Assembly (NCBI GenBank): GCA_013239625.1
Contig: MU054925.1
Location: 24,870,378 to 24,934,377, forward strand
Reading direction: 5' to 3'
Length of the DNA stretch: 64,000 nucleotides
From: Lama guanicoe
Taxonomy: Eukaryota
The translations under genes and the position numbers were made by a program. Shown here piece by piece: positions 39,579 through 50,771 of the stretch (position 1 is its first letter; every line of letters begins with the position of its first letter). The notes below the pieces were generated by a model. The model saw nothing but the letters and a program-made list of their open reading frames with translations, did not search any database and had not been told where the DNA came from.

Positions 39579-41949
39579 GTGAGTTGCTGGTGCTGAGAGA
39601 TGTTGCAGATGGAAAACCCGGCGAGCATCCGGTGTCCTCTCATCACAGACCCCTCCCTTTCACGGTGACTGGTGTGCCTGCTCTAACAAGATCATAGCCC
39701 TCCCTGGACGCAGCGTGTGGACTATGTGAAGGGGAAAGCTGGCCAGGGAGCAGGCCAGCTTTTTGGAGCCCAGGAGGTGACGATCACACTGTGTGTGGGC
39801 ACCTGGTCACGTCTCAGGAATAGCCGCTGCCTGCAGTCTGGGTCAGATGTCTCCTCCACGTGCACCTTTGTTTTTCCTTTTTTTTCTTGGACTTACCACT
39901 TACCAAAGAGAGTGTTTTCACAACTGTCACCTCCTAAAAGTTCTCATGGGATCCCTGTCCCAGGGAAACGTGTAGTGACAAGAGCAGGAGCTGTTTTCAA
40001 AGTCCCCAGATCCATGACAATAAGCCTCATAGATTCATTGATCCAGGAGACCTTTCCCATGGAGGTTGTTTCCCAGTCTGAGCTGAGTGGTTCAGTGCTG
40101 ATAGTACAGTAAATCCGTCACCATCCCCCCGAGCAGGCTTTTAAATTACAGGCCCTGATCTGCTGGTTCTCCTGTCATTACAGGGAACCTAGACCTAGAG
40201 AGTTATAGACAGAAAACCGTTTCCGTGTGCCTACATCAGAGGACAAGAAGTGTCAAACTGACCTTTCTGCAGCAGAGCCATCCATAAAGGGACCAGAAGA
40301 AGTGCTAGGATGTTTGTGAGGATAAAAAAGGGGTCGAGGGCTCAGTGCTGACTTAAGACGAGGGACGTAACTTGGAAAAGGCAAAGGAAGGCAAGGTCTT
40401 CCAGAAGGTGCCGTCCACGTGATCCCTTCACTGTCGACTGAACTGCTGTGCCTCAGTTTCCCCGTATGCACAATGCGGGCAGTCTGCCCCCCTGCAGGCC
40501 CATCACAGGGATTATGCGCAGCTGTGCGTGTCGGAGTCTGAGAATAGAACTGTCCCCCGGCAAATGCTGAGCGGTGGCTGGCTCTTGTTACCGTCCTTGT
40601 CGCCCGACTCCCTCTCAGTCCAGGGCACCGTGGAGAGTGCGCTGTTCAGGCCATCGGGATTAGCTCGTTCCACTAGTGCTGGGTGCTGGCAGGCTTGTCC
40701 CTCATTTTAAAATAGATCTGGCTCTTCCTCGAGCTTTCAGGCAGAGCGGTCTCGCATACACTGGGATTGCCACTCTGGGCCCTGCTGTGGGCACTGTCAG
40801 AAACCTTTAGAGTTTGGTGTGTACTTCTGAGCCTTTTGTCTCGTGCACGAACGCCCCTGGATGGATTTCAGTTTGTGAGTCAGGGGACCCAAGTCTGGAA
40901 CCCTCCCAATTCCTGTCGCCCCTGGGCAGGGAGGCCGAGTTCAGGCAGAGGGTCTGTTTCATCCGTGCAGAGGGGTCTCTCCTGGGAGACAGGGGCTTTC
41001 CTACAGTCTCCATCCCATCAGCTTTTTTCCCTCTTCTGTTCATTCAAGTCCTCTTCTCTTGGTCATGGGCAGTGCCAGCCGGTGCCACAGCTAGACGCGG
41101 GGTGTTGTGGTGAGACTAGGCCGTGTGGTGCCCGCTCTCGCGGGCCTCACAGCCTAGACCAGCACAGTTAGCGTCACCCTGTGAAGGTCTGCCAGGTGCC
41201 TTTCCGTGGCCTCCCACCACTGCCTTTGAGGGGGATGATCTGTCCACGTTTCCGCCCTCGAGACCGAGGCTTGGTGAGTCAGGTCACTTGCCCCAAGTCA
41301 CATCACGAGTGAGTGGCCGGGACAGGACAGGGACACAGCCCTGTGGATGCCCCACTCTGACTGCACGAGCACAGCCCCGAGCTGCCTGTTGTTGGAGACT
41401 GTGGAAAAGTCCCTGCTTCGGTGAAACTAGTATTTCACGTCGCAGTTGGCATTCATGCTTTCACACCTCTCACCTGTCACAGGATGATAAGAGAGACTCA
41501 GAGCTGCCAGGGATGTTAGCTCAGCTCAGTGCATTTTCAGAAAAACTTACCAGAATCAGATGAGACTGCGGCTGGACGTCTCTCAGATGTGCTTCTGGGA
41601 CTTTTCTAAGCCACGTGGGCCTTGACTTTCTGTGACCTCAAGCGATATGTTCCTTTGGTGTCACAAGCAGTATTTAATGTGTCCGTTGAGAACCGCAGAC
41701 GAGATCCTGAAACCGTTCACATAATCCCACAAACGCGGAAAGCCGGTGACGGAAAGGAACTGGAGAGAGGCCTATAGCAGGGAGAAACCACATCTCACTG
41801 GGTGAGATAGCTCCGCGCCAGCAAGCCACAGAGGCAGAGGGGGTGACTGTGGCCTGACTGAAGTGCTGGGGCCCCCAGGACTGGCCAGACCCAGTCCTGG
41901 GCCTGAATTCAAGTTGTGTCCTTAGAAAACTGGTCACATCCCGAGAAGA

Positions 41950-42390
41950 AAACGTGCAAAGTTCGTTGGCAGGCAGGAAACAGAAGGAGAAATCCAGATG
42001 GTCAGTAAACCTAGAGAGGTGTTTGTCCCTAATGTCAAGCAGTGACATACGAACTGAAACACCAGTGTCATCCAGTGCCATACCTGTGACACTGGGAGAG
42101 GTTCAGAAGCACGATCGTGCCCAGCACTAGCGTTATGTCCTAACCGTGGTAAGGGTGCACTGGAGCCGCCTTTCTCGAAGGCAGGGGAACGGTATGTTTC
42201 TGTTACAGCAGTTGACCCAACAATTCCATTTCTGGAAATTTGCCAAAAAGAAATGTATAGAGGCACATACAGAGGTGGTGGTGACAGCATTACTTTTAAT
42301 GATGTATCATTGAAAACATCTTCACTATTTAAAGCAAAAGATACTGGTGAAGTGAACTGTGGCTTTTCCAGTGAAATACTAGGAGATCAT
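41950..42390 (+). mobile_element. Ancient L1M fragment
   Basis: gaaatccagatggtcagtaaac...ttgacccaacaattccatttctggaaatttg resembles the L1 ORF2 end/3' UTR. Confidence 0.65.
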
Positions 42391-43003
42391 TTCTGACCTC
42401 TGTCAACTCAGTGCTTCTTCCTTGCTTGCTTTTGAGTGTCCTCCTTTACCTGATGCCCTGCACACCGGTCTTGGAACATGGACTGGTGTTATGAAGGCAA
42501 AAGGGCTAATTGGCCAGAAAATGAACTCAGATGTAAAATTCTAAATTGGAAAGGACTTGGGACTAGCTCGGTCAGTTCACTGATTTTACAGTTGAGGAAA
42601 CTGAGGTCCAGAGAGGTTTCGTGTCCCGATCAACATCTGGCAACAAATGAACAGCAGGTTCTGGAGTCAGACCCTTGTCCCCTGCCTCACTTGGCTGTGC
42701 ACAGCCGTTCCCCAGAGCCGCGCCGCAGAGGCACAGAAGACATCTAGCCCCCCCATATCCAGAACAACCCCGTAGAGCTCTTCTCTCAGGCCCCTCCACC
42801 ATCCCTCCAGCCAGGTATCTGAGATTGTAGCTCTGGGAAAACCAGCCACTGGTCTCCCGGACCTCTGAGGACCTACAGGGGTTCTCCACTTCTCACGAAG
42901 CAACTCCTGCCAAGAGCAGGCCCCTGGGGAGAGGGCAGGCTGAGACTGTGAACATGGGGACTGCAGGGGTCTCTGTCCCCACCATGGGGAGAGAAATAAA
43001 TAA

Positions 43004-43322
43004 TTTTTTTTAAATTGAAGTATTGTCAGTTACAATGTGTCAGTTTCTAGTGTACGGCCTCATGTCCCAGTCATCCATAAATACACATACATTCGTTTTC
43101 ATATTCTTTTTCATTAAAGGTTATTACACAATATTGAATGTAGTTCCCTGTGCTGTGCAGGAGAAATGTGTTTTTTATCTATTTTTGTATATAGTGGTTA
43201 TCACTTGCAAATCTCCAACTCCCACATTTATCCCTTCCCGCCTCCTTTCCCCCGGTAACCATAAGATTGTTTACTATGTCTGCGAGTCTGTTTCTGTTTT
43301 GTAGATCAGTTCATTAGTGTTT
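43004..43322 (-). mobile_element. Artiodactyl/camelid-type L1 3' end (5'-truncated)
   Basis: ttttttaaattgaagtattgtcagttacaatgtgtc...aggttattacacaatattgaatgtagttccctgtgct...ggtaaccataag...gagtctgtttctgttttgtag is the reverse L1 3' UTR typical of cetartiodactyls. Confidence 0.85.
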
Positions 43323-44091
43323 TTAATATTTAGGCTTCCTAATATGTTACCACCACCACTCTCCCTGCCACGTACTGTCTGTGTGACCTTGGCCCAGTCT
43401 CTTCATCTGGAAATTAATGATTAGCATTTCTTGTGTACTTACTCAGCACATAAGTATGACTATATACTAAGCACTGTAGGTACATTGTTGTTTTATTCTT
43501 TGTAGCAACTTTCTCTCCAGCAGTCTGCATATGATGAAACTGAGGCTCCGAGGGGGAGGGGGTGGGGCCGGGAATACTAACTTGCGGTCCTGGTGGCAGC
43601 AAGCAGTTGTGCTGAGATCTGAGCCTCTGTCGAACTCCAGAGTCCCTGCTCCTGGCCTGGCCCATAGCTTGTCGGCCTTGCCCATGAGACGCCAAGCTCA
43701 TCGCCCTGTCGAGGACCAGGACCTATCCAGTCCCGTGTCCAGAGTGGCTGGCCCTTAATAGAAGCTCAGTAAATACTCCCTAAATGAATGCACGCCAGGA
43801 CCCTCATCTCTTTGCTTCCCCTGGTTCTCTGCAACTCACTGGTACAGCCTGTATTCTGTCTCCAGGACCTCCAGACTGTATGAATGCTACTTGAAATTGC
43901 TCGTTTCCTGCCTTTTCTGTGTTTCCCTCAGTTTTACCATCTCAGTTTTCACTGTTATGTGACATGTTAAGATAGTATTATAGTGCTTTTGACTTACCAA
44001 AAGGGTAAATTCTTTATAAATCACATTGTCATTATGGGGATATTGGTGTCCATCTGATATAGAGGCTTCTCAAAATTGTCCTGGTTTCTTC

Positions 44092-44229
44092 TTTTTTTTT
44101 TTTTAATTTTGAAGTATTGTTGATTTACAATGTTGTGTTAGTTTCAGGTGTACAGCAAGGTGGTTCGTTTATACATGTGTACAAATATATATACACACAC
44201 ATATACATATATTCTTTTTCACATTCTTT
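44092..44229 (-). mobile_element. Very short L1 3' end inserted in the polypyrimidine tract of the exon at 44244
   Basis: poly(T), then ttgaagtattgttgatttacaatgttgtgttagtttcaggtgtacagcaa...tatacat...attctttttcacattctttt; possible TSD TTCTTT at 44089-44094 and 44230-44235. Confidence 0.85.
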
Positions 44230-44243
44230 TTCTTTGTTTCAAG

Positions 44244-44439
44244 CTTTTTGATTTAGTGTACAGAGAAGAGACTCTGCTTAACGTCATTAAAAGCGTCACT
44301 CGCAATGGACGGTCCATCATCTTGACGGCGGTTCTGGCTTTGATCCTGGTTTACCTGTTCTCAATAGTGGGCTACCTTTTCTTCAAGGATGACTTTATCC
44401 TGGAAGTGGACAGGCTGCCCAATGAAACTGCTCTTCCAG
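44244..44439 (+). CDS. ITPR1: ITPR1 exon ([51 protein letters not shown]...NETALP), S4 end/S4-S5 linker/S5, phase 0/1
   Basis: gtttcaag|CTTTTT acceptor, CCAG|gtgggt donor; 196 nt; N-glycosylation sequon NET. Confidence 0.97.
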
Positions 44440-44619
44440 GTGGGTTTGGGGCCTTCTGATCTTTTTTAATGTTACAAGAGTATTTCCTGATGACGAGGGA
44501 ACTGAAAATGATGACTTCAGCAATGCAGGTATCTCCCCAACCCCGAGAGTGTGACCTGAATACAGAGCTTAGTTTTCACTTCATTCAAAGCCTACATTTA
44601 ATTGATTCACTCAAGTCAT

Positions 44620-45030
44620 ATTTTAAAGTAGCATAACATTTTCATAAAACAGTTTGACCTTGTATATGGAAAGCATAGGAACATGCATCCCTTTGGGTTG
44701 GTATATCTACTTCTAGAACTTTATCCTTTAAAAAAATTGTAGAAACAGATGTATATGGAAGAACGTTCACTGCAGTGTGAGATTGGAAGCAATGTAAACA
44801 TAAGGGAGTGTTTCATCAGAGTATGGTCCATCCACGGGGTGGAGGGCCCTGCAGATACAGGATGTGTTTATAAGCCTTGTTGGAAAAATACCCACAAGAT
44901 ACGGTGGGAAATCGCAGGAGAGGAACTACAGTAGGATCTGGGTAGCTTTTTTTTTCATTGAAAATCTCATATATGTCTTTTAAAATACAGAAGACTATAC
45001 CCTCAAGAATATACTTGCCAGCAGCGGCTA
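44620..45030 (+). mobile_element. Ancient L1ME-like fragment
   Basis: ctacttctagaactttatcct...gatgtatatggaagaacgttcactgcag...atggtccatccac resembles the L1M 3' region. Confidence 0.55.
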
Positions 45031-45737
45031 TCTCGGGCGTTTTTACGATGTGCAAGTTTTGCAGTGAGCTTATTTTTATTTACAGCAAGAATAGGAGAGG
45101 TGTCCAATTCTGAGAATGAAATAAAATGATCATATACTTGCGTTATGCCCAAGTGTTCTTTTCCCGCAACTAAGACACTTGACACTATTAAGTGAAATAT
45201 TACTGGGCTTCTGCTGGGTAGCCAGGTGCCCAGAGTCCAAGGAACAAACTACAACTGCGACTAAACCAGGCAGCCTTTTTCTCCCTCCCAAATGCTGCAT
45301 TTTTGGCACATCACTCCAGCCTCCAAGTTGGCACTAACTGGCATTTACTGCCAACTATCCGAGGGTTCTGACCTAAAGCAGTCTGGACCTCAGGTCTCCA
45401 CTGATGTTTCTCGTGCAGACTTGGTATAAATCTTGCTGGAGTCTGTATGTTGAGTCGTATTTGCCGAAGAGTTTCAGCTGTTTATCTTGAAAGTTGGAGA
45501 GGTGCTATTTAAGTGCGATATTTCTAGTAAGCTTACAGGAATTGACATTTCTGGCTTTTTTCCCATCCAGATCACCAAAAGAAAGTGTAAATTGCATCTC
45601 CGCCTTGAATTTATATGCAGGATTGTAGGGTGTTATTTATGTAAAGAATTGTTTAATCAGCCGTGAATTGGGGACTTCAAACATTTTAACCGTATGCTGC
45701 CAGATTGTTCATCATGAGATTTCCTTCTCTCTCTCAG

Positions 45738-45830
45738 AAGCCAGCGAGAGCTTGGCAAGTGAGTTCCTGTACTCTGACGTGTGCAGGGTGGAGACTGGGG
45801 AGAACTGCTCCTCTCCTGCACCCAAAGAAG
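45738..45830 (+). CDS. ITPR1: ITPR1 exon ([31 protein letters not shown]), luminal loop, phase 1/1
   Basis: ctctcag|AAGCCA acceptor, AAG|gtagga donor; 93 nt; sequon NCS. Confidence 0.96.
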
Positions 45831-45999
45831 GTAGGACCTCACAGCCTTAAGCCCTGTGTTAGTGCCAGTCTCCCTCAGAGGCTTAGATGCTGTACATGAT
45901 GTTGGAAGCAGATGAAAGCTCAGAAGTAAGGCCAGTAGCAAAGAGGAAAGAGAGGAGGGAGATGAAGGGCAAAGGAGGCTGTATGGGGAGAAAATAGCT

Positions 46000-46530
46000 G
46001 CTTAATTGATTCAGCCAGTACTTACTGAGTGCCCACTGTTTGCCTGGGACTGTGTTGTGCTCTGAGATACAATAATATAGTTCAGCGGGGGAGGGGGGTG
46101 GGCAGGCAGGCAAAGAGGTAGATGGCTACTAGAGAGGATGCTAATGCTGGGTATAAGGACAGAATACCAAAGACAGGCACCCAGCCTAATGCCAGACTAA
46201 GAGTATATCACCCAGGAAGTGATAGCTAAGTGAAAACAGTAGAATGTTGGGTGAAGGAGGCAGGGTAGGTATTCCAGTTGGAGGGAACAGCATGCCTAAA
46301 GGTTTGGAGGTGGAATATAGTATGTTTAGGGAGGTACTGATCATAAGGAAAAAGAGTAGGAAGAAGTGAAGCCAGAGAGATCAATGAAGGGCCAGATCAT
46401 GAAAGGTCTTACATGTCAGGCTAAGGGGGTTAAAGCTGACCCAAAGAATGGTCGAAATTGCTGAAAGGGTCGAAGTGCTATGATGAGATAGATGTTTTAC
46501 CAAGACAATTCTCACTGCAGCTGGAGACAA
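46000..46530 (-). mobile_element. LINE-2 fragment
   Basis: attcagccagtacttactgagtgcccactgtttgcctgggactgtg...attccagttggagggaacagcatg...gggccagatcatgaaaggtctt. Confidence 0.8.
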
Positions 46531-47008
46531 AAAACAAGGCGGGCAGCAAGTTCTTCCTCCAAAAACCAGTAAGAATGGACAGCCTCCAATTTAAAGCGAT
46601 TTCTTCAGAGGACCAACTATAAAACTTTGCTGGGTTTAGCCCTGACAACATCCCCAGTGAGGAACCTGGGTCCTGTGGCATCTTCCTCAGCTGAGAGAAG
46701 AGATGCTTGTGTCTCAGAGTATTAAGCAGCTTATCTAAAGTCAAGCGCCTGCTCAGATCTGGGATGGAGTTTAAAATCTGAAAAGGATAGGAAATATTTT
46801 AGATTTAATAGAGAGAAGGACAGTTCTGGGCTTGAGACGTCAGCAGGGTTTAATGATGAAAAAGAAAGCCTTCCATGCTTGATTCCTTAATTTGATTCTG
46901 GCTGCTCTCTGTCAGCTGGTGAGGTGGCATTCGGGAATCATCATCTCCAAAGCCCACTGTCTCTTTTCGCTCATGTTACAAACCTACCGTTTCTTGCCGT
47001 GTTTGCAG

Positions 47009-47148
47009 AGCTGGTCCCTGCAGAAGAGACAGAGCAAGATAAAGAGCACACGTGCGAGACGCTGCTGATGTGCATCGTCACGGTGCTGAGTCACGGGCTG
47101 CGGAGCGGGGGCGGAGTAGGAGATGTGCTCAGGAAGCCATCCAAAGAG
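47009..47148 (+). CDS. ITPR1: ITPR1 exon ([47 protein letters not shown]), pore helix and selectivity filter, phase 1/0
   Basis: tttgcag|AGCTGG acceptor, GAG|gtagcg donor; 140 nt; GGGVGD filter at 47107-47124. Confidence 0.98.
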
Positions 47149-47712
47149 GTAGCGGCGCCCTGGGGGAAGGAGGATCGGAGGCGGCGGGTGGGTGGTGAGA
47201 GCACAACGCAGTGGGCCCGAGTGTAAACTGCAGACACACAGGCAGAACCAGCTGTTCAGGGCCCCTTCCCTTGCTGGGTTTCATCGCGTTGCAGCGCTGG
47301 GAGGAAGCCAGCAGTGTAGACAGGGCCAGCTTCCTCCACCCCGCCCCCTCCTTTTACTGAAGTGATTCTTGCCTTCGGGGGCTGGGGCTGGGGCTGGCCT
47401 ACCTAACACGTTTCCAAACCCCTTAGATCCCAGGAAGCTGCGCTCCTGCGCCTGCCACGTGACACTTGGAGCACTCACTGTGCACACAGAGGGCCTGGAA
47501 AGAAGGCAGTTGAGGCTTGTAAAGTTTGATGCCCAATCTGACTTGTTCCAGAGCACACCATCGGGTGCTGGTGGGGGTTGGGGGGGCCGTGGGGTTGGGA
47601 CTTAAGACTGGGATGCGTCAGGTCCGAGTCCTCCTGCCCTGAGCTCTGCAGTCCGCAGGGTGTGGGTGGGGGTTTGGGGGGGGCCTGACTGACCGACGCG
47701 CCTCTTTTGCAG

Positions 47713-47878
47713 GAGCCCCTCTTTGCCGCTCGAGTGATCTATGACCTCTTGTTCTTCTTCATGGTTATCATCATCGTCCTTAATCTGATTTTCGGGGTCA
47801 TCATTGACACCTTTGCCGACCTGAGGAGTGAGAAGCAGAAGAAAGAGGAGATCTTAAAGACCACGTGCTTTATCTGCG
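47713..47878 (+). CDS. ITPR1: ITPR1 exon ([55 protein letters not shown]), S6 gate, phase 0/1
   Basis: tttgcag|GAGCCC acceptor with CTGAC branch motifs upstream, GCG|gtgagt donor; 166 nt; CFIC zinc ligands. Confidence 0.98.
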
Positions 47879-48239
47879 GTGAGTAGCGCAGCCCAGCGAG
47901 ACGCAGGCGGGAGGGGGCGCGCACCCGGCTCCCCGTCCTCCCGCGCCTCTGCCCTTGGCGTCCAGGGGGCCTCTCCTCTGCTGGCAAGTGTCTGGAGTGC
48001 TGATGGGAGCTGCCGGTCCATTTTAAGAAACGAAGTTTTGGGTAGCAGAAAAGTCATTGTACGTTATTTGAAATGAGTTAAGCTGGGGTCTTTTGGTTGC
48101 TGGGCTGCCAGAGCATCTCTTGTTCCCATTCTTAGTAACGAGGATGGAGACCTTTCATCCGCCTGTAGCCTCTGGTGTCTTTACTGCAGGCGGTATCAAG
48201 CTTTAAGTGGAAATATAATCCTCTCAGAGCACAGGGTGA

Positions 48240-48460
48240 AGATGTTCAGAGCTGGGGGTCAGGAGTCAGACCTGGGTTTTGGGCTCTGCTGCCTGCTAGC
48301 CCTGTAGTTGTGGTACAGTCCCTTCCCGTCTCTGAACCTTTATTCTCATCTGTACAATGGGTACAGTGACATGTACTTCTCCACATTGTTGTGGGACTGA
48401 GAAGAGCTAGGTGATGCAGCCCGAGCGCAGAGCCTGTACAGTGGAGGTTCTTGATGATAA
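48240..48460 (+). mobile_element. MIR SINE
   Basis: ggagtcagacctgggtttt...tctctgaacctttattctcatctgtacaatggg...ttgttgtgggactgag. Confidence 0.75.
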
Positions 48461-48699
48461 GCAGTGAACTGCCACGTAAGAGGTGCATGGGGTACCAACC
48501 AAAGAAATCATTCTCTGTATAACCACCAGGAAACGCATGGAAATGCAGAGTACCCAGTCTGGGAGCTAAGTGATCATTTCAGGATTATTCATAATATAGT
48601 CACTAAATATATAAATTTCCTACTGGCCTGTATACTCAAAAGTGATCATTTTTCCATTTAAAAACGTAAAATGTTTGCTTTTTGCCCCCTTAAAACCAT

Positions 48700-50180
48700 T
48701 TAAAACTTTTTGTTTTGACAGCTTTCCAGACCTACAGAAAAGTTATAAGAATAGTGCAAAGAATTGCCATGTACTCTTCACCCAGATTCCCCACACACTA
48801 ATATTTTACTTCATTTGTTCATTCATACGCACACATTATTTCTCTGAACAGTTTGAGAGTGGCTGGCATGATTCCTCCTCATCCCCAACTATTTCAGAAC
48901 TATACATTTCCTACTCTTATATATAGGCAGAATAATGATCAAAATGGGAAATTAGCAAGGATGCAGTACTATGGCCTAATCTATAGACCCTATTCAGATT
49001 TCACCTTTTATCCCAATAACGTCGTTCATAGCAAGTGGAAGTCCCGGCTCATGTGTTGACTTCAGTCCATTGATACTTTTAAAGAATTCAGGTCAGAAAT
49101 CTTGTAGAATGTACCTTGGTTTGGGTTTGTCTGATGTTTCCTGAGCTTAGGCATTTTTTTTACAGGAACATCAAAGAAGTGTTGTATTCTCCTGCCAATT
49201 CATCTTTTAACTGGTTATATGAACTTTGATCACTTGGTTACAAGGTGGTAATTGCCCTGTTCTCCCCCCAAAAGTACTTTTTTTCCCCTCTTTGTAATTG
49301 AGAACCACTTCATGGGGAGATACTTTGAGACAATGCAAATATCCCATTATTTCTCAGATTACACATTAACTCACCAGCTTTTGCGTCCAGTGATGAATCC
49401 TGCCTGAGAGTATAATTGTGATGGTTGCCAAATGATATTTTTCATACTTTATTATTCTTTATACCTTTCTTGTTTTTTTTAAGAAATAACTTTCTCTTCT
49501 CCCCATATATATTTGTATTTTTATATTTGTTACAACGTGGATTCATGTATTTTTACTTAATCCAATGGATTATCATCTTTTACTGTCATAATTTATTTTG
49601 ATGCTCAAATTGCCCCATATTTGAGAGCCCTTCAAAACTGGCTTCCGTGTTCTGTCATGTCACCATCATTGACTGCGGACTTCCTTACTCTTTCAGCACC
49701 ATGAGATAGTCTAGGCTCAAGCTCATCTTGCACCTCCCCTGACCCAGCCCTGGTACCAGCCATTTCTCCAAAGAGCCCTGGTTCCTTTTAGTGGAGAATG
49801 GCATTTAGGAGCCAAGATCTGATCACTGGGTGTGCATACTCCTGGGGGTGCACCGCTGCTCCCAGGGCTAATTAGGCGCAGATCTGGAGGATACGTGTCT
49901 CCACACAGTTCTGTATCTGTTTTTATAAACCTGTGAAAAAGGATGAGTTCATACCGATTTCTCTAATTCCAATTCAACATTACACAGTTGATTCTATCTT
50001 TCTGTCTTTCCCTCTTCGTGCTCCCTTATTTGACAGTGAGATATCTGGCTCCCAGGATCACCATATATTTATTTACTTGCTCAATCTAAGAATACACAGA
50101 CACTAGTTTCAGAATTGCTCACCCAGACCTCTGCAAGATATTAACTTAACAGCTAGAGTCTAAAATGTATGTAAAGTTCT
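48700..50180 (-). mobile_element. Ancient L1 (L1MC-like) 3' UTR
   Basis: cagacctacagaaaagttataagaatagtgcaaagaa...cttcacccagattcccc and cccagccctggtaccagccatttctccaaagagccctggttccttttagtggagaatgg are L1MC-type hallmarks. Confidence 0.85.
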
Positions 50181-50610
50181 TTTGGTCCTTATTCTGTCTC
50201 CTCAAAAACCTTTTAACATGTCGACATTTTGGCATTTTCCTGGGAGAAGGGACCTCACACTCACGGGCCGTCTGCCATGCAGGAGTGTGTCACAGCCATG
50301 CTCGCTAAACCCCAAACACTCCTGGAGCCTGGATGGTAGGCTTCGCATCCCCCCACAAAGCGACTCAGGCATATGGAGACTAAACAAGGACTGGTAAGTG
50401 GCAGGGGTGGAATTCAAACCCAAGCCCGTCTGACTCACAGCCTGTATCTTCCTGCTGTGATGCAAAAGTGAGTGCATTTATAAGGCCGACAGAATCCCTC
50501 TCTTTATAAAGACAGGAGAGAAACCGCAGCCTCCTCTGGGCAGTTCTGTCATGGGTTTCTCTGCACCGCGGCTGCTCACCTGGGGTCTGGGGCTTTCTGT
50601 CTCTCCTCAG

Positions 50611-50771
50611 GCTTGGAAAGGGACAAGTTTGACAACAAGACTGTCACCTTTGAAGAGCACATCAAGGAGGAGCACAACATGTGGCACTACCTCTGCTTCA
50701 TCGTCCTGGTCAAAGTCAAGGACTCCACGGAGTACACGGGGCCCGAGAGCTACGTGGCGGAGATGATCAAG
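50611..50771 (+). CDS. ITPR1: ITPR1 exon ([54 protein letters not shown]), linker/zinc finger, phase 1/0
   Basis: ctcctcag|GCTTGG acceptor, AAG|gtgagc donor; 161 nt; HIKEEH zinc ligands. Confidence 0.98.

Larger units (their letters stand above)
6532..50771 (+). other. ITPR1: ITPR1 gene, partial: 16 internal coding exons, open at both ends (last two coding exons beyond 64000)
   Basis: Exon lengths 181+254+201+111+96+123+105+193+123+176+165+196+93+140+166+161 = 2484 nt with matching splice phases. The joined translation matches the C-terminal third of IP3R type 1 as recalled, including type-1 segments such as [17 protein letters not shown] and the luminal loop. Confidence 0.98.
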
